DNA of 64,000 nucleotides from positions 11,470,001 to 11,534,000 of the forward strand of contig CM060731.1 of the NCBI GenBank assembly GCA_030704615.1. Reading direction: 5' to 3'. The stretch comes from Takakia lepidozioides (lineage: Eukaryota; Plantae; Bryophyta). The notes beneath the pieces are model-generated. The model was not told the DNA's origin. It ran no database searches and saw only the letters and a program-made list of their open reading frames with translations. Position 1 is the stretch's first letter; the number at the start of each line of letters is the position of its first letter. A program made the translations under genes and the position numbers. Below, piece by piece: positions 61,701 through 64,000 of this stretch.

Positions 61701-64000
61701 CTTGTTTACTTTTGCAGGTGTTCAGTTCCTTCGAACTACTGTTCTCACTTTAATTCTTTGTGAGGATATCTCTTGATGTCTGTCCAACTGTAGGTGGTGG
61801 CGACTGTTGCTTTTGGAATGGGTTTAGACAAGAGTGATGTTGGTGCTGTGAGTGAACCATCTCCCTCACAAGCATCATGACGTGCACTTGAAAGTTTTTC
61901 CATTTAAAACCCGTTTGAACAAGGCCATACTTTGTCAAACTGTACTGTTGTTCCATGTTCTATGAACCCTTTCTTACCCCCCCTCATTCTCTTGTTGTTC
62001 CTCTAATTCAAACATGTGTTGGCTTTCTCTTCATACCCTCCTCTGTCTCCCCCTTCGTCTATTTCCTCATTTTGCAACCTCTGACAACCTGCTTCCAAGC
62101 AACATTCCATTTTGAGCTGTTATGTCCCAAATGCAAGGACCTACTATGAAGAAAAAGCAACAGAAAAGAAGGAGCTGAATGAGTTGTGATTGTTGCTCTT
62201 CAGATCATTCACTACAACATGCCCCGCAGTCTGGAGCACTATGTCCAGGTAACAGCTGCAAGGATTTTTCTTTCACACTAGATAAAATGTGGTAGTAGCT
62301 CAACAAAGACATGCATTAACCACGTCCTTTTATGGTCACACCATTCCTCGCATATTAGATGGAGAGCATATCTCTTTTGGCCATGTTTGATGTCTGCATC
62401 TTAAACATGTCGTAGCACTGGTTTACAAAGAGGCACTATGGCCCATCTCCAGCTTGTATGTCCCATATACCTTCAGCCCAGGGTAATTTTGGAACTTTCA
62501 TGCATGGAAAACATAGAAACTTCCCTTTCATAAATATGGAGAACCTGCGTCAGCCAGCATATGGTGTTCCCGTTTAATGTGTAACAGAATTACCTTGTTC
62601 TGGATACAGGAAACCGGGCGTGCTGGCCGTGATGGCAGACCTGCCTATTGCCATCTCTTCCTGGACGACGTGGATTATCTGAAGCTCCGTAGCCTTGCAC
62701 ATAGGTGCCACTTCTGACCCTTCATGATAATGGAATATGTGTTTCAAACAAGCGTGCTTTTGGACAGTGTTGCATTGCAGTATAATGCATGTACTATTTA
62801 CACATGGGTAAGAGGTTGCTGCTTCGAGGATAATGAAATTGGTACATTGCTGCTCATCAGGCTCATATGTGGATCCTGTGGTAGTCAGAATCATACCAAC
62901 AAAACACTTGAGCTTGTCATGATGATGGTGAGCTTGCAAAGGGAGAGGCTGAACCTTGTTGTCTGGTTATAAGAGGTTGACATTTGAGACACTAGTACAT
63001 GAAGCCTGTCTATCCTAGATGACAGATGTCCCTGAATATGTACAAACCTATCTCTGGCCACAAGGCTACGGCAAACGTCTTATTAGTACATTCTAAAGTA
63101 GAATGTCCATTTACAGAAGATATGAACTCAAGTCAGTGTTGTGGTGCAGTGATGGCTTGGACTCGTTTGCTGTAAACAAGTTCTTATGTAGAGTATTTCA
63201 GACTCCTCAAGTGGGTCCCTCTTGCGTCAGCTCAATTTGCATAGAACCGGCAGCCAATGAATTGGATCTGAAGGAAGAGGTAATTGATGACCATCTCGTT
63301 GAAAAGCTTTGTGCTTCTGAGAAGGGTGGGTTCTGGTAGAGACACATTTCATGAAAATTGCAAAAAGTTCTGCATCAAATCCTGACTAGCTGATTGGAGA
63401 ATATGATGTATAAAACTGGCAGCAACCAGCACGTTTGTCGTTTTTGTCAAGATCGTGGAAGCTGGCAGTTGTTGACAGTGCAATGTTATGCTCAAAATAT
63501 TAGGACTTACCAATAGAATATTCCGTGTCAAAGTCTCCACAACAACATACCACAACTCTCGAATGAGTGCAATGCATTGAGGATCGATAGCTTAGCCATA
63601 TCTTCACTTTCACAGGTGATGGCAACAATTCTATCCTTCTTGGAGGTGGGAGAAATGCAGTATGTACGTGTGCTTTCCAAACTCAAGGCTACATGTACCC
63701 TCACTTTCTACAAGGTAAGTGTTATCAGCTAATCTTCAAGAATCAGTTCCTAAAACTGCGAAAAAATGGAATGATGTCTGGAGTGTCCAAAAGCATTATC
63801 GCTGGTATTGACAAGTTATGTTGGGGTGTTCTCCACGACTCCCACAGTAAGAGCCTATTGTTACTTATTCTCTAACATGTGCAAAGCATCCCAAATTATA
63901 ACAGAGGACCAGTGCTTTAAGTGAGCAATGATTGATGTGTTAACAGGTGCACTTGAATGTTTTCAGAGCTCCCTGACATCTCTGGCAAAGCAAAGTCGTC
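55783..64000 (+). CDS. RECQ5: RecQ helicase, RECQL4-type (plant RECQ5-like), multi-exon, truncated by the window end
   Basis: Long N-terminal exon 55783-56736; [13 protein letters not shown] motif; [22 protein letters not shown]|[15 protein letters not shown]; [16 protein letters not shown]|SHNFRPSY; AMTATA; SYHSG; [15 protein letters not shown]; [13 protein letters not shown]|ETGRAGRDG. Confidence 0.92.

Overview
Eukaryotic, intron-rich land-plant DNA. A non-seed plant (bryophyte, lycophyte or fern) is suggested by a cyanobacterial-type LptF/G gene and PLS-type PPR relics, but the species cannot be determined from sequence. Intact host genes: a CYP72-clan P450 (-), an LptF/LptG permease (-), a Brittle1-type SLC25 carrier (+), a divergent Dof-like zinc-finger ORF (-), a GDSL lipase (-) and a RECQL4/plant RECQ5-type helicase (+, runs off the window). 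The accessory region at about 18.7-55.2 kb holds gene-fragment mosaics (HDA9, PPR, OSB/PDF motif, CMSS1), two hAT-type MITEs, a TTAA piggyBac-type element, a candidate pre-miRNA hairpin and an intact chromovirus LTR retrotransposon with apparently identical LTRs. The main highlight is a spliced, now decayed gene fusing a ParB/Srx-like domain (DGNHR) to a beta-class N4-cytosine/N6-adenine DNA methyltransferase-like domain. It is accompanied by 11 copies of a ~24-bp palindrome (consensus CAACMTTGCGT-ca-ACGCAAKGTTG) in two clusters and is split by the retrotransposon. Exon boundaries and family assignments were made by eye and from recalled motifs; no database searches were run.
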